A stretch of 64,000 nucleotides of DNA from Torpedo marmorata (lineage: Eukaryota): NCBI GenBank assembly GCA_977017645.1, contig OZ360221.1, positions 112,654,001 through 112,718,000 of the forward strand. The letters are read 5' to 3'. A program made the position numbers and the translations under genes. Positions 62,075 through 64,000 of the stretch are shown here, piece by piece; the first letter of the stretch is position 1, and each line of letters starts with the position of its first letter. Under the pieces are notes generated by a model. That model ran no database searches. It saw only the letters and a list, made by a program, of their open reading frames with translations, and was not told where the DNA came from.

Positions 62075-62868
62075 TGTGGTAAACCACTGTTTGTGTATAT
62101 TATGTACTGCTGTCTGTCCCGGCGACTCCTCTCCCCTCCTTTGGGTGTCCAGGTAATCCCTCCCCTTTTCTCACCCGAATAAAGGCTTGTGTGCCACGGC
62201 TCCGCCCACAGTCCGGGATAGATCTGCAGGTCCACTGTAGGTCTGTTTTTATGTCTATTAAAGCCTATGGTTCGTTAACCCTCTTATAGTCTCTTGAGTG
62301 CTAATTGATAGGCATATCAATTTAATAGACATAAGAAAAGTTATGGAAGGCGCCCTCCGACCGGACCGACTGGACATCGACCCTTTAGATCCTGATGCTG
62401 GCCATGCATTCGAACACTGGCTACGCTGCCTCCGATCGTTCTCAAAAGAGGTCAAGGCCGAAAGCGACGAGCAGAAACTAGAGGTCCTTGTATCCAGGGT
62501 AAGCCCTCGGTTGTATTCAACCATCTGGAAATGCGGAACGTACGACGAGGCGATGGAGGCACTGAGAAAGATCTATGTGACCCCTGTTAATGAGGTCTAC
62601 GCAAGGTACAGACTATCGTTGTGAAAACAGCGGGCCGGGGAGTCAATAGTGGACTTTGTCAGGGACATCCAGTCCCTAGTGCGAGCGTGCGCCTGTAAAG
62701 CGCTGACCGAAGAACAACATGTTGATCTGCTGGAGAGGGACACCTTTATTATGGGGATGAGGTCGGTATACGTACGCCAGCGGCTGCTGGAGCACTCCGA
62801 CCTCGATCTCCGTTCTGCGGTGGCGATGGCTCGCACGCTGGAGTCCGCGCTGCAGAACTCCGACCACT
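62075..62868 (+). mobile_element. Truncated Gypsy (5' LTR 62075-62319 plus gag start), divergent relative of the 32918-37653 family
   Basis: LTR shares the termini TGTGGTAAACCACT...TTGATAGGCATATCA; gag MEGALRPDRLDIDPL...YVRQRLLEHSDL is homologous to MENLLKPDKLDIDPL...YIRQRLLEHADL; flanked by GTAAC on both sides. Confidence 0.9.
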
Positions 62869-63639
62869 GTAACAAAGTAAATCCAGAATTTATTCTCACT
62901 TTTTTGTCGTCTTCCTCTCGAGTTTCTTCCATTTTCCTTTCTTTCTGCTGCCGAGCATGTGCTTCCGTCTCACTGTAGACCGACGTCGTTCCTTTTTTTT
63001 TCACTCAATTTCCACCTCTGCCCGAAATTCTGTCGATCCCGTCGCCCGGAGTTTATCCTCCTCGCCACTTTGTCGTGTATTTTCCCTTTGGAAATAACCT
63101 CACTCGAGCGAAGCTGTAAGCATGTCTTTATTCATTTGAAGATGGAGCCAGACTGAAACTCTCCCCACAATGCACACCGCGTACCTGACGTCACGCGTGC
63201 ATCCGCGTTCCCATAACACGTGGATTCACCTCCAGTGCTCCCGCAGCCTCCGCAGCCACATAGAGTCCAGTCCAAACCATCGGCAAATCTAGCTCCAGAT
63301 CCGAACCTCCGACATGATTAGGAACCCTTCAGCGTCCTTGGCACCCTCTCGCATCCTGGTTCCCATACCTGGTACCCCTTCAGCCGGTCTCAAGCCAGTT
63401 TCCAGCAGGCCATCGCCTGCTGTGAATCCCTCTACTGCAGTCGCCAGCGTGGGTTCCTCTCCTCGAGTCACCAACAGCCCGCCACCTGTGTGTTCCTCAG
63501 ATGCAGAACCCCTCAATGGTCTGCCACCGTAGGTCATCTCCTCTGCTTCTCCTTCTCAAATGGGGGGTATCTCCCCATTTTCTGGTGCCTTGCGCCAGTC
63601 CTCCGCTTCCACAGAGTCTTCAACCCCTCTTGACAATTG

Positions 63640-64000
63640 CAGGCCTCAATTACCACCCTGTGGCACTGACCTTCACCATTATGAATTGCTTCGAGTGTCT
63701 GGTGATGGAACGCATCAGAGCACACCTCCCAGAGACGCTGGACCCATTTCAATTCACCCTATAGAAGAAACCGTTCCACAGACGATGCTATAGCCTTCAC
63801 TCTGTCCTGACTCACCTGGAGAATGATGCCTCATTTGCCAGGCTGCTGTTGATTGACTTCAACTTGGCGTTTAATATGATCATTCCACAGAGGCTGGTGG
63901 AGAAGCTGTCCTCGCTGGGACTCAACACCCCTCTCTGTAACTGGATCCTGGACTTCCTAACCGAAAGACCACAGTCTGTCCGAGTCGGTAGCAGAATATC
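63640..64000 (+). mobile_element. Rex1/Babar LINE RT fragment running off the window
   Basis: NYHPVALTFTIMNCFE...LDPFQF, then [12 protein letters not shown] and CNWILDFLT. Confidence 0.85.

Larger units (their letters stand above)
51743..63218 (-). mobile_element. Degraded Mag-like Ty3/Gypsy LTR retrotransposon with nested L1 and Gypsy inserts
   Basis: LTRs 51743-51934 and 63071-63218; TSD CGTGG; PBS TGGCGAGGAGGAT (63055-63067, tRNA-Ser-like); PPT at 51935-51946; gag from ATG 62044 (MTEGRFGEY..NWYDYVDRF; CFRCGRNNH), RT, RNase H (VDASPVGLG) and integrase (ORF 52114-53304), all broken by stops or frameshifts. Confidence 0.93.
51560..63630 (-). mobile_element. Second copy of the GC-rich non-autonomous element, split by the Mag-like Gypsy (pieces 51560-51742 and 63219-63630)
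   Basis: The two pieces join across the CGTGG TSD and align by eye with 49200-49803. Confidence 0.65.

Overview
Eukaryotic, repeat-dense vertebrate DNA. The HE1-type SINEs, DeuSINE-like relics and CR1/Rex1/Penelope families point to a cartilaginous fish, probably a ray or skate (inference). The only host gene is the 3' end of PDE11A on the + strand: a coding exon at 2271-2354, a ~24.6 kb intron, and the terminal coding exon at 26920-27072 followed by an AT-rich 3' UTR. The rest is transposable elements: CR1, Rex1/Babar and L1 LINEs, Penelope-like elements, tRNA- and 5S-derived SINEs, Tigger-like MITEs, a young intact Ty3/Gypsy element with two solo LTRs, a degraded Mag-like Gypsy element carrying nested inserts, and an endogenous retrovirus cut by an assembly gap. 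Three observations stand out. (1) The provirus has an ERV-L/HERV-S-like (class III) pol plus a decayed gamma-type env (CXXC, immunosuppressive domain, CX6CC spacing). (2) Two divergent Gypsy families lack a tRNA primer-binding site; the sequence at that position is instead exactly complementary to their own LTR poly(A)-signal segment, with compensatory changes between families. (3) A 5S-rRNA-derived SINE carries a Rex1/Babar-like 3' tail. Family assignments come from motif recognition by eye, and boundaries of old repeats are approximate.
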